Shown here: positions 1 to 8,875 of the stretch, piece after piece | Position numbering within the stretch: position 1 is the first letter of the stretch | Layout: each line of letters opens with the position of its first letter | Assembly: GCA_004321885.1 (NCBI GenBank) | Contig: SCQK01000007.1 | Location: 64,001-128,000, forward strand | Direction: 5' to 3' | DNA from: Patescibacteria group bacterium | Lineage (GTDB): Bacteria; Patescibacteriota; Patescibacteriia; Magasanikbacterales; GWA2-37-8 | Length of the DNA: 64,000 nucleotides | The notes under the pieces: model-generated | The model's database searches: none | Told to the model about the DNA's origin: nothing | The model's input: the letters and a program-made list of their open reading frames with translations, nothing else | Translations under genes and position numbers: made by a program

Positions 1-128
1 GTAACGCCGAAACGTGGAAAGACGAACAATTAAGAAGAATCGCGCCAAAACCGGTCGCGACAGAGTCGAAAGCCGACACTCCTATTTTCCAAACCCCCGC
101 TTCTCCGCCATCGCCGGTCACTTCTATT

Positions 129-671
129 TTGAATCTATCCGACGATTATTCAACTTATACATACAGCAAACTGGCCAATTCCTGCTCTTCCTATAAAAAC
201 AACATCTCTTCGAGCCAAGTGAGTTTGAGATGCGGAAACTCTTCGGCTCATTGGCGCGTGCATTGGGTTAAAAAAATCAACGTGTCCGGCTTTGACAAAC
301 TGCAAGTAAAGGCCGACCTGGTTTTGGACGACCACACTTCGTTTTTTAGCGAATGCGACGGCCACGGAGTGAAGTATGATAATTATGTTGATTTGATAAT
401 TGTCAATTCAGACCCCAACGCGACATTGAGCGCGGAATGCAATCGCGTCGTGTCAGACGCGGATTGGCCGAAATGCGCCGTCAATTATATTCATCCAACG
501 GCGATAACACATTGCGGCGTGCCCAAATGCGGCACGAGCAAAAGCTGCGACTTTGAGGTTGATGTTGCGGGCCGGGACGCGGTGTACCTGGTTTTCTACA
601 CCACCGACCCCTGGCTGGCTGACATTGAAGGAACCCTCTCTAACGCGAAAATTACTTTGATGTCAAAATAA
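129..671 (+). CDS. hypothetical Cys-containing protein
   Basis: 180-aa ORF with no recognisable motif; convergent with the next gene. Confidence 0.3.
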   Translation: MNLSDDYSTYTYSKLANSCSSYKNNISSSQVSLRCGNSSAHWRVHWVKKINVSGFDKLQVKADLVLDDHTSFFSECDGHGVKYDNYVDLIIVNSDPNATLSAECNRVVSDADWPKCAVNYIHPTAITHCGVPKCGTSKSCDFEVDVAGRDAVYLVFYTTDPWLADIEGTLSNAKITLMSK

Positions 672-672
672 T

Positions 673-2082
673 TTAATATTCAAACGCCCCGACGTCAAAC
701 CCGGCGCCGGCCGGACGCGCTTTGCCGGCAAAATCAACCGGCGGCGCGTCTGCGGCCGCTCCCTTGTCTATAGCCGGCGAGCCCGCAAGCAAACGAAAAT
801 CCGCCGCGGCCGCGTTCACAAACAGCGGGTCGCCTTCAACATAACCGGCGCCCCTCACCTCGTTGTCTTCGGTGTCGGCTTTGTACTCGTGGATTAAATT
901 ATTTTCCACGATAGTTTTCTGCGCCGCGGCGCTCAGCACGGATATTTCAAACGACCGGTTTTGACTGCATATATTGTTTCTAATGCGCACACCATCAGCC
1001 TCGGCGTTGTCCATCGCGATGCACCCGCCCCACTCGCCGCCGTTGTTGTAAAAAGTGTTGTTCGCGACAATGATGTCTTTCATCGGGTGGGGCCCGCCCT
1101 CGTCGCCGTTGTTCGTCACGGTCAGGCCGCGGAATTTATTGCCGTAGCCGATGTTGTTGTTAAAATTTATATTTTCCAAAAGTCCGCCCATTTCCGAAGC
1201 CACTTGATAGCCGTCGCTGTTGGAAATATTATAAACGACATTGCCGTACACTTTAATATTGTAGGTATGCTTCTCCCAGGCGTCTATATATATACCCGCG
1301 GCCGGTATATTATAAATCACGTTTTTATAAATCTTGCCGTTGCGCGAACCATCCTTTACAGTGATTCCCTCTTTATCTGTCGCAGCCGGAGAATCGTGCA
1401 CCTTATTATTAAAAATCGCGAACCCATCAGCGCCGCTTAGAGAAATCGCTTCCTGCATGGGCCCGACATTTGGTCTTACCACTTCATTGCCGCTGATAGT
1501 GATGTCCTGGCTATCCCACCAAACCCCGATACCCGAGGAGCGAGTATTATAGGTATAATTTTTTTCAATGATGACATGCGCGGAACGGCTGACAAAAATA
1601 CCGTTGCTCTCGTCGTCGCCTTTGGCGTTTATTATTCGCAGGCCAGAAACTTTGATATATGACTTGTCCACAATCTCAAACAATCCGTGCTGGTCCGAGG
1701 GCAGGGTGATGGAGGCGCCGTCTATGGTAACTTTTTCTCCCGGGTACGGCTTATAAGTGATATACTTATCGGCTGTTCCGGAATTTTGCGGCAAAACCCT
1801 TTCTTTATACGTACCTTTTCTGATGAGGACAGTGTCGCCGGCTTTTAGCTTTTTCGCGGCGTACGAAATAGTTTTCCAAGGTTTGGTCTTGGTGCCTGGA
1901 TTGGAATTTTTCCCGCCGGGCGAAACATAGTACGTCTTTCCGGTGGCGGCGACGGCAACCGCGCCGTTGGCCGGTTTGGGCTGCAGCACGAAAGAAAAAT
2001 ACAAAATCCCCAAAACGCCGGCGGCTAACAACGCGACACAAAATATGATGGTCTTTTTTTGCATATGATTGTATCTTATCAC
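673..2082 (-). CDS. secreted/anchored right-handed beta-helix repeat protein (pectate-lyase-like fold)
   Basis: N-terminal hydrophobic segment (IIFCVALLAAGVLGILYF); repeated Asn/Gly-rich beta-helix-like units (NNTFYNNGGEWGG, IRNNICSQN, ISGNEV). Confidence 0.55.
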   Translation of the reverse strand: MIRYNHMQKKTIIFCVALLAAGVLGILYFSFVLQPKPANGAVAVAATGKTYYVSPGGKNSNPGTKTKPWKTISYAAKKLKAGDTVLIRKGTYKERVLPQNSGTADKYITYKPYPGEKVTIDGASITLPSDQHGLFEIVDKSYIKVSGLRIINAKGDDESNGIFVSRSAHVIIEKNYTYNTRSSGIGVWWDSQDITISGNEVVRPNVGPMQEAISLSGADGFAIFNNKVHDSPAATDKEGITVKDGSRNGKIYKNVIYNIPAAGIYIDAWEKHTYNIKVYGNVVYNISNSDGYQVASEMGGLLENINFNNNIGYGNKFRGLTVTNNGDEGGPHPMKDIIVANNTFYNNGGEWGGCIAMDNAEADGVRIRNNICSQNRSFEISVLSAAAQKTIVENNLIHEYKADTEDNEVRGAGYVEGDPLFVNAAAADFRLLAGSPAIDKGAAADAPPVDFAGKARPAGAGFDVGAFEY

Positions 2083-2116
2083 AGAAGCAAAAAAGAGTAA
2101 ATGTTTCCCGCTTTCA

Positions 2117-2144
2117 TTGACTATCGCCCAATTTTTGCTATAAT
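2117..2144 (+). promoter_or_regulatory. sigma70-like promoter for tRNA-Ser
   Basis: TTGACT-16nt-TATAAT ending 9 nt before the tRNA 5' end. Confidence 0.5.
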
Positions 2145-2153
2145 ATCGCCGAT

Positions 2154-2245
2154 GGAGAGGTGGCCGAGTTGGCTGAAGGCGGCAGGTTGCTAACCTGTTG
2201 TAGGGCCTTAAAATCCTACCGTGGGTTCAAATCCCACCCTCTCCG
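2154..2245 (+). tRNA. tRNA-Ser (anticodon GCU), type II with long variable arm
   Basis: acceptor GGAGAGG/CCTCTCC; anticodon loop TTGCTAA; T-arm GTGGGTTCAAATCCCAC; long variable arm; 92 nt. Confidence 0.85.
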
Positions 2246-2365
2246 CTCAATGAGATGGAATTGAACGTTTGAGAACAGTGCTTGGAATGCGCGTTTATGC
2301 GCTCTTTCCTGCACTTTCAGCGTCACTGATTGAATAGAGACTGGGACTTCGAACCCACGAGGTGA

Positions 2366-2593
2366 TCAGGGCACTTCATCGAGGAATGGCACCTCTATCT
2401 GTCCACCGTCTGGGCTGATCGCGCCGACGCGCCACCCTTCACGCTTCCTTTTCAACATCCAACGATAGACCCGCACAGCGTCGTAGACGCCCTGTGTGAG
2501 CGGTTTTTCTCCGGAATGTGTGAGTTCTTCAGCCTCGTTCTGTTTGAGCCGAAGGTGAAGATCTATTGCCTTCTTGTCAGTCTTCATGGGCAA
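2366..2593 (-). CDS. hypothetical small basic protein (island cargo)
   Basis: 75-aa ORF in the GC-rich island; no clear motif. Confidence 0.3.
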   Translation of the reverse strand: MPMKTDKKAIDLHLRLKQNEAEELTHSGEKPLTQGVYDAVRVYRWMLKRKREGWRVGAISPDGGQIEVPFLDEVP

Positions 2594-2784
2594 AGACTTC
2601 TCCTAGAGTTATGTAGATCTCTCGATCGTAGTTCCAAGAAGTACCGGAGTCAAGCATATTTGTCACACCGGTGCGCGATGTGCTCCCTTGTGGGGGAGGA
2701 AATGGAACGCGCATGTTCGAAAATGTTCTTGACACATCCAATGCGGTTCCGGTACGGTAATACAAACAACCAAACGGAGGAGTC

Positions 2785-3678
2785 ATGGTCGGCAAGGTCG
2801 CGATCTTCGGGGTGTTTATGGGAACGTTCGCCGCTGGTTGTGGCGAACCGCTCGGCGGGAGCGATGACCAGGACGTCGAACAGGTCGTGCTTCAATATCT
2901 CCGGGATCACGATCCGGGCATCACGCGAGGGTCGCCGGAGTACATGGTCTTCCTTAAGGACATCCTGTGGGGTTTGCACCCCGACCTCTTGAATCACAGT
3001 CGCGGGACGAAGATTGGCGAGTTCGCCGCGGCGTATATTAGCAATGCTGTAGCGCCGCTATTGGATGATGAACAAGCTCCGAGGCCGACCATCCAGTCAC
3101 AGACTTCCGCCCTCACCAGCGGCTTCAACCGCAACGCCGTGGTGAACTATGCATATGCTTGGGCGAGCAACGGCGGCAAGAAAAGAAACGGTGCTTACGT
3201 CAGTTTCGACAATGACTGCACGAATTTCGCCAGTCAGGCGATCAAGGCCGGTGGAGTCCCGGCAATTGGTAGCGGCTCGTGCGGCTATGAGGAGACGACC
3301 TGGGAGTGGTACTCCCAGTTCTCCTTGGCTTGGTGGTGTCTCAAGAAGTGGGCCGTTTCCACCACGTGGGTCAGGGTCTCTGAGTTTTACCAGTACCACG
3401 TGCAGAACAAGCGTAACGCATCGACTGGCCTCTACTACCTTGGCAACCTGAACTCCTTGCGGTCTGCAGCTCGTCCGGGCGACATCATTCAGCTGCAGTT
3501 GGCTTCCAGCGGCACCCTGTTTCACTCGATGGTCGTGACCAAGAAGGACAGCACCGGCGAGATCTATTGCACCTATCACACCGGTCCCAACGGCTACGAT
3601 GTCGTTGACAAGCCGCTGGCCTCCATCGCAGCCAACTACGGGAACACGAGCTACTATCGTCTCAACAGGTTTGACTAG
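2785..3678 (+). CDS. putative amidase-domain (CHAP/NlpC-like Cys peptidase) lipoprotein
   Basis: GGAGG RBS 6 nt upstream; lipobox-like TFAAGC; 'NDCTNFASQAIKAGG' Cys motif typical of the putative amidase domain family. Confidence 0.55.
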   Translation: MVGKVAIFGVFMGTFAAGCGEPLGGSDDQDVEQVVLQYLRDHDPGITRGSPEYMVFLKDILWGLHPDLLNHSRGTKIGEFAAAYISNAVAPLLDDEQAPRPTIQSQTSALTSGFNRNAVVNYAYAWASNGGKKRNGAYVSFDNDCTNFASQAIKAGGVPAIGSGSCGYEETTWEWYSQFSLAWWCLKKWAVSTTWVRVSEFYQYHVQNKRNASTGLYYLGNLNSLRSAARPGDIIQLQLASSGTLFHSMVVTKKDSTGEIYCTYHTGPNGYDVVDKPLASIAANYGNTSYYRLNRFD

Positions 3679-3754
3679 CAAAGCGGCAACAACGCCCGCC
3701 CCGAAGCCCTATTCCACCTGCCCGTCGTCATTGTTTGTAAGTCGCACATATTCT

Positions 3755-4231
3755 ATGACATTTCGTCGTCGCATCGGTATCGTCTTCGTCTGCATCCTGC
3801 TCGGGTTCGTTGTTCTGTTCGTGGCAGGACCCGGTTTCATGGTGGTCGACAACAGGGACATCCGAGCCGCCGATGATGTCTCAGCGGAGGACATGGCCGC
3901 TTGGCTGGGAGATGCTGGCTGGCAGGCGGATGCTACAAAACATTACTATCTCATCAACGTATCGGGAGTTGTGCATTCTCTCTCGCCGCGATCGCTCAAA
4001 TACCTCGAGGCGCGCATCACAAATACCAAGGCGAATCTGCGCGTGTACGCCGTCACACCGTTATTGGGTTTTGTCGTTGAACCGTTTCGACTCGGAACGG
4101 TGAGCCTCCTGTTTCTGATAGAGACACCGGAAGAGCGAGACCTAGCGGACATCATGCGGCAGTTCAGCTTCTGTGTACGTCAAAGTGATCAGAGCGGGCT
4201 ATGTATGCCCGTGTTGTCGGGGACACGTTGA
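3755..4231 (+). CDS. hypothetical membrane-anchored protein (island cargo)
   Basis: ATG at 3755 followed by a TM helix (IGIVFVCILLGFVVLFVAG); the longer ORF call from 3599 is Ser/Thr/Pro-rich and an unlikely start. Confidence 0.35.
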   Translation: MTFRRRIGIVFVCILLGFVVLFVAGPGFMVVDNRDIRAADDVSAEDMAAWLGDAGWQADATKHYYLINVSGVVHSLSPRSLKYLEARITNTKANLRVYAVTPLLGFVVEPFRLGTVSLLFLIETPEERDLADIMRQFSFCVRQSDQSGLCMPVLSGTR

Positions 4232-5672
4232 ACTGGCCGGCTTCGGAGCGGAGCGACTGATCATACCCCGGCGCCAACGTGATCTGCGGCGATCCGGTGC
4301 TGAGCTCCACCTTGGCGACCACCGCCTCGATCACTGAGCGCCGTGTCACCGGGTCGTCGCTGGCCAGCTTGGCGTTCATGGATTCCACCACCTCAAGCAT
4401 GGTGGCTCCTCGCTCGTCATCCAACAGGTTCTCCGGTCTGTTCACCAAGAACCACTCGGTTGCCCGGATCTGCTGGAGGACTGCGCCGCGCTCCTGATCG
4501 TACTGGCTGTCGTCGACCAGGCCCCTGGCGTACTGACGAGCCAGATCCTTCAGCTTCTCGTCGAGCTCGCGCCGTTGCTGCCTGAGCAGGCGAATCCGCT
4601 CGCCCTGCTCCTTGCTTCTGGTCCGGCGTGCCTGGCGCTCCGCCCGGCGCAGGACAGGGACCATGGTGGCAGGCAAGTCCATTGCCAGCAGGTTGGCGCA
4701 GATCTCATTGTCAAGGTCGGCCGCTCGGGTGCAGAAGCTACAACCCTGCTGGTGGCAACGGTAGTAGTCGTGGATTCTGCCAGACTTCTTGATGTGTCGC
4801 TCGCCGGTCAGCGTCGCGGCGCACCTCGGGCATCTGACCTTGCCGGCCAGGACGAAGACCAGATGCTTCCGGCCGCCTCGCACACTGCCTCCGGCTTTTT
4901 GCCGAAAGACCTCCTGGCACCGGTCGAAGAGCTCTTTGGAAACCAAAGGTGGATGACTGCCCGGGTAGCTCCTGCCCCTGCTCATCATCACGCCGATGTA
5001 GAACGGATTCTTGAGCAGCCGGCACCATTGGTTAACCGGTACTTTCTTGCCGTGGACACCCACCAGGCCGCTGCTGTAGATCGTGTCCGCCAGCTGGCTG
5101 GCTGTCAGCTTTCCCGTAGCCCACAGTTCAAACGCTTCTCTCACCCTCGTTGCCCTCGCCGGATCCAGCACCACACGATCATTTTGCATCAAATAGCCCA
5201 GACAAGGGCGGCCGAACCATTTGCCCCGAAGAAGGCGCTCTTCGAGGCCCTTGCGAACCTCGGCCGAGAGGTTCGCGCTGTAGAACTCTGCTTGTGCTGC
5301 CATAATGTTTTCCAGAAACTCACCCATAGGGGTCGCTTCAAAGGATTCCACCACCGAAAACAGCTTTACTCCATATTCCTTGAGCTGGCCCTTCAAGATG
5401 AGATGATTAAAGACGTTGCGGGACAGCCGGTCGATCTTGTGGACGACGAGGCCACTGATGGACTTGTCCCGTTTGACGTGGCCGATGGCGGCCATGAGCC
5501 CCGGACGCCCGCGCAACTGCCTGCCCGAGCTGACGTCCTGGTACCTGGCGGCCACGATCAAACCACGTTCCTCGGCGTATCGCTGCATCAGCCGAAACTG
5601 AGCCGCGATGGAAAGCTCGCGTTCCGCCTGCCGAGTGGTGGAGACGCGAGCGTACAAAATGACTGCTGACAT
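4164..5672 (-). CDS. large serine recombinase (resolvase/invertase N-domain + recombinase domain + zinc ribbon)
   Basis: N-terminus MSAVILYARVSTTRQ with catalytic Ser; later C-x2-C ... C-x2-C Cys clusters; 502 aa. Confidence 0.85.
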   Translation of the reverse strand: MSAVILYARVSTTRQAERELSIAAQFRLMQRYAEERGLIVAARYQDVSSGRQLRGRPGLMAAIGHVKRDKSISGLVVHKIDRLSRNVFNHLILKGQLKEYGVKLFSVVESFEATPMGEFLENIMAAQAEFYSANLSAEVRKGLEERLLRGKWFGRPCLGYLMQNDRVVLDPARATRVREAFELWATGKLTASQLADTIYSSGLVGVHGKKVPVNQWCRLLKNPFYIGVMMSRGRSYPGSHPPLVSKELFDRCQEVFRQKAGGSVRGGRKHLVFVLAGKVRCPRCAATLTGERHIKKSGRIHDYYRCHQQGCSFCTRAADLDNEICANLLAMDLPATMVPVLRRAERQARRTRSKEQGERIRLLRQQRRELDEKLKDLARQYARGLVDDSQYDQERGAVLQQIRATEWFLVNRPENLLDDERGATMLEVVESMNAKLASDDPVTRRSVIEAVVAKVELSTGSPQITLAPGYDQSLRSEAGQFNVSPTTRAYIARSDHFDVHRS

Positions 5673-5763
5673 AGGAGAGGGGTTAAGAGTAACTCCACCT
5701 ATGGTCGCAGCGCCCGAGCTGCTTTACAACCAAAAGAGAAACCACTATAATTGAAGTGTTTTT

Positions 5764-7455
5764 ATGTTACTACATGCGGATAACACGCTGGGAGTCGGAC
5801 AACCGGAAGGAAACAACCGGGTACGAAGGACGTCCCAGAATCCCCGCATGCGCGCAGTTGCAAAAATTTTTCTTCTTCTGGCCGGCTGGCTTATCGTCGT
5901 TTCCATTGTTTCCAATTCGTTTGACAACGACCTGGGCTGGCATTTGCGCTTTGGCCAAGACGCCCTAAGCGGCGATTTTCAGTACACCGACAGTTATACC
6001 TGGGGCTTTGCCGGGCGCGAGTGGGTAAACCACGAATGGGGGGCCGATATTTTATTTTGGATTATTTACAGCCGCGTCGGCTACTTCGCCCTGGCGCTTC
6101 TCATCGGCACGGTAATCTGGGCGGCATTTGTGCTGGCGCCTCTTATTTTTGCGCGTTTCAGTTTAGGCGCTCTCGCGATTTCGCTGCTCATGGCCCTGGC
6201 CGCGGGCTTTACTTTTGTCACGCGCGTCTCCATGGCGGCGCCGCTGTTTTTTGTTTTGCTCTGGTTTTCGCTGGAAAGAAAAAAATATTTTTTCCTGTGG
6301 CCGATTTTATTCTGGGCGTGGTCTTTTCTGCATGGTAGTTGGATACTGGGATTTATTTTAATAAACATTTATTTGGTTGGAGAAATAATTCCCTCCACTA
6401 TTAGAGCCTGCCCTGAACTTGTTTCAGGGGGAGGGACAAAAGGTGGAGTTGGCAAGAAGCTCTGCTGGCAAATCATTTCCGCGGCCGCGATTCTTCTCAA
6501 TCCGTACGGCATAAAACTCTGGCGCGAGGTGCTCTCCTATTTTATATACAGCGACTACAAGCGGCTGATTATTGAATGGCTGCCAAGCTACAGTTACCCC
6601 ATTCGCTGGTGGCCCATAATTATCGCGGGAGCGGCCGGCGTTTTGCTTTACCTGGGGTGGAAAAACAAAAAAGCGTCTTTGACCCACGTATTGTTATTTT
6701 TGGCCATATTTTTAGCCGCCATGCAATACAAGCGCAACAATATTTTGCTGACGCTCGTTTGCGCGCCGATTTTCGCAATAGCTTTGGAAGAAACAAAGAA
6801 GAAACTACTCTCAATTGCCATTCCGAACCCGAAGGGTGAGGAATCCCTTCGCCTTACGAGTAAGTTTAAGGGATTCCTCGCTCCGCTCGGAATGACAACG
6901 GCGATTGTCCTCTTCGCCGTCTCAGCCGTTTATTACCTTCCCCGCCTGCGGGCGCAAAATGACGTCTGGCAGGACAAAAATTTTTTGACCCGGCACGGCT
7001 TTCCGGTCAAAGCCGTTGATTTTGTAAAAAAACTACCGGCCGGAGCGAAAATTTTCAACGAATTCGGCTGGGGCGGTTTTTTTATCTGGCAAACGCCGCA
7101 AGTAAAAATGTATTTTGACGGACGGGGCGCGGCCACCTGGCGCGACGCCAATGGCGAATTCATGCTTAAAAAATATCTGCGCTACCTTGGCGAAAAAAAA
7201 CAGTTGCCCGAATTAAGCAAAACTCCGGCTGAATATATTTTGCTGGAAAAAAACAGGCTGGCCCTGCCGCCGCCCGGCTGGAGCGACAAACTGTTTTTCA
7301 AAAAAGAAAACTTGGCAAAAATAATGGAGCGCAAGCCGCCGTTGCTTGAAACCGACCTGACGAAAAGCAGTGATTGGAAACTGATTTACAGCGACGAGAT
7401 GACGAACATTTGGAAAAGAACCGCGGACATGAATTCCGGCTCAAGCCCGGAATGA
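5764..7455 (+). CDS. polytopic membrane protein, possible GT-C-type glycosyltransferase
   Basis: at least 10 hydrophobic helices; D-N-D-containing first loop (SFDNDLGWHLRFGQ); contains in-frame palindromic repeats at 6391-6440 and 6838-6897; the true start may be the internal Met at about 5845. Confidence 0.45.
   Translation: MLLHADNTLGVGQPEGNNRVRRTSQNPRMRAVAKIFLLLAGWLIVVSIVSNSFDNDLGWHLRFGQDALSGDFQYTDSYTWGFAGREWVNHEWGADILFWIIYSRVGYFALALLIGTVIWAAFVLAPLIFARFSLGALAISLLMALAAGFTFVTRVSMAAPLFFVLLWFSLERKKYFFLWPILFWAWSFLHGSWILGFILINIYLVGEIIPSTIRACPELVSGGGTKGGVGKKLCWQIISAAAILLNPYGIKLWREVLSYFIYSDYKRLIIEWLPSYSYPIRWWPIIIAGAAGVLLYLGWKNKKASLTHVLLFLAIFLAAMQYKRNNILLTLVCAPIFAIALEETKKKLLSIAIPNPKGEESLRLTSKFKGFLAPLGMTTAIVLFAVSAVYYLPRLRAQNDVWQDKNFLTRHGFPVKAVDFVKKLPAGAKIFNEFGWGGFFIWQTPQVKMYFDGRGAATWRDANGEFMLKKYLRYLGEKKQLPELSKTPAEYILLEKNRLALPPPGWSDKLFFKKENLAKIMERKPPLLETDLTKSSDWKLIYSDEMTNIWKRTADMNSGSSPE
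6391..6440. repeat. composite palindromic repeat (CCCTGAAC-TTG-TTTCAGGG core) inside a CDS, in frame
   Basis: near-identical copy at 7738-7795 inside comFC. Confidence 0.8.
6838..6897. repeat. family-A-variant palindromic element (GAGGAATCCC...GGGATTCCTC...CGGAATGACA) in frame
   Basis: related half-copies at 14483-14520, 15248-15285 and 39070-39105. Confidence 0.75.
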
Positions 7456-7464
7456 CAATCGCGG

Positions 7465-8262
7465 CTAACCCCTGGCCAAAGTGAGCCAGTAAATTTTTTG
7501 CGCGCCGGCCGCTTTCAGCACGCGCGCGCATTCCTGCATGGTGGCGCCGGTGGTGTAGACATCATCAACCAGCAGAACGTATGCGGGCGCCGGAGCCGGT
7601 CCCTTCCACGCGAACGCGCCGGCCACGTTTTGCGTCCTTTCCTCTTTGCTTAACCTGGCTTGATGAGGAGTGTAGCGGGTGCGAACTAATACCCCCTCCT
7701 CTATCCTCCCCCTAATAGGGGGAGGGTTCTGTGTGAGTCCCTCCCCTTTTAGAGCCTGCCCTGAACTTGTTTCAGGGGGAGGGATACAGGGAGGGGTATT
7801 CAAAGAGTCCAAAAAAATTTTTGCCAACACTTTCGCCTGGTTAAAGCCGCGCTCGCGTTCGCGGCGCGGGTGCAGGGGAACTGGAAGAACTGACCAGCAT
7901 ATTGGCTCCACAGCCCCGACTAAGTCGGGGACTATGGAGCCAGCCACGCTAATTATCGTTCCGACCGAGCAGAGCGAACGGAGGAACCCCTTTTTCTCAC
8001 TTATTATTTTTTCAAAAACATTTTTAATGTCTTTGGCAAAGCCGTATTTGAATTGTTTTATCAGCCTGCCCACGGGCCCGTTTTCTTCATAAACAAAAAA
8101 AGACGCACCTCGGTCCAGGTGCGCGTCCGCGGGCCAAAGCGCGCACTCATTTTGGTGTTTGGCCCGGCAAAGCTTGCACCACCACTCCCCTTCCACGCCG
8201 CAATCCACGCACGAGACCGGGAAAAGAATATCTTTGAACCAGCGCGCGGAGGCGGCCAGCAT
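7465..8262 (-). CDS. comFC: ComF family protein (zinc ribbon + phosphoribosyltransferase fold)
   Basis: N-terminal C-x2-C...C-x2-C; RGFNQA and LLVDDVYTTGATM PRTase motifs; a 35-aa in-frame repeat-encoded insertion (7690-7800). Confidence 0.7.
   Translation of the reverse strand: MLAASARWFKDILFPVSCVDCGVEGEWWCKLCRAKHQNECALWPADAHLDRGASFFVYEENGPVGRLIKQFKYGFAKDIKNVFEKIISEKKGFLRSLCSVGTIISVAGSIVPDLVGAVEPICWSVLPVPLHPRRERERGFNQAKVLAKIFLDSLNTPPCIPPPETSSGQALKGEGLTQNPPPIRGRIEEGVLVRTRYTPHQARLSKEERTQNVAGAFAWKGPAPAPAYVLLVDDVYTTGATMQECARVLKAAGAQKIYWLTLARG
7690..7800. repeat. composite palindromic repeats (GC-hairpin C family + CCCTGAAC..TTCAGGG) in frame within comFC
   Basis: CCCTCC..GGGAGGG hairpins and a copy of the 6391-6440 element. 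Confidence 0.8.
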
Positions 8263-8263
8263 A

Positions 8264-8866
8264 CTATTGCCAGCTCACGGCGCCGACCAGCCACTCATTG
8301 CCGATTTTAAGCAAATTTACTTTATAGGAAACCTGTTTGGAAGACGTGGCGCCCGCTTTTTCCTCTACGCGCGTGGCCTGCAAAGCCACCCCGGCGCTGG
8401 CGCCGTCCCAGTCGCTAAGCGACGAAGCGATGACCTTGGTTGTAACGCCCAAAAATTCCACGGCCGGTTTTGTATTTTTAAGAGGCGCGCTGATTTTTTG
8501 CCACAAAACATCAGTTACCAAATTTTCCAGCTCGCGAATATTGTCATAATTATTGTCGGTGGAATATGTGCCATAGCGCTCCACGAAAATTTTGGCTATC
8601 TGCCTCACCCCGTTTTTTTGCGCTTCCAGCGACGTCGGTTTTTTCACCACCAGCGGCGTGGTGGTGGCCAAGGGATTTTGCACTCCCGCCGGCGTGCCGT
8701 CCGTGTAAGCCGCGGGTAAAACATTTTCAGTTTTGTTTTCTTCGGCCGGCGGCGCTGTCTCCGATTTTTTCTTTCCGGCATACGTTAAAAAAACGCTGAC
8801 ACCGATAATTATGATAACTATCGCTCCGACGAAAATGAAAATTCTGGCGCGTAGAGGCATATACAA
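8264..8866 (-). CDS. membrane-anchored hypothetical protein (T4SS-locus associated)
   Basis: N-terminal TM helix then Ala/Pro/Thr-rich linker; translationally adjacent to the VirB4-like gene. Confidence 0.45.
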   Translation of the reverse strand: MYMPLRARIFIFVGAIVIIIIGVSVFLTYAGKKKSETAPPAEENKTENVLPAAYTDGTPAGVQNPLATTTPLVVKKPTSLEAQKNGVRQIAKIFVERYGTYSTDNNYDNIRELENLVTDVLWQKISAPLKNTKPAVEFLGVTTKVIASSLSDWDGASAGVALQATRVEEKAGATSSKQVSYKVNLLKIGNEWLVGAVSWQ

Positions 8867-8875
8867 AATTTATTA

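Larger units (their letters stand above)
2246..5700. mobile_element. tRNA-Ser-adjacent integrated island (high GC, about 60%) with serine recombinase and cargo
   Basis: abrupt GC rise immediately 3' of the tRNA through the recombinase gene, dropping to AT-rich at about 5700; the recombinase sits at the distal end. Confidence 0.5.

Noticed and set aside
2650-2997. 115-aa minus-strand ORF overlapping the amidase-lipoprotein start
   Set aside because: It overlaps a better-supported plus-strand gene with RBS, lipobox and amidase motif; it has no motif of its own.
5673-5763. Direct repeat of the tRNA-Ser 3' end marking the distal island boundary
   Set aside because: Only an 8-nt GGAGAGGG match was found; serine recombinases use very short crossover cores, so no long att duplication is expected and none is claimed.
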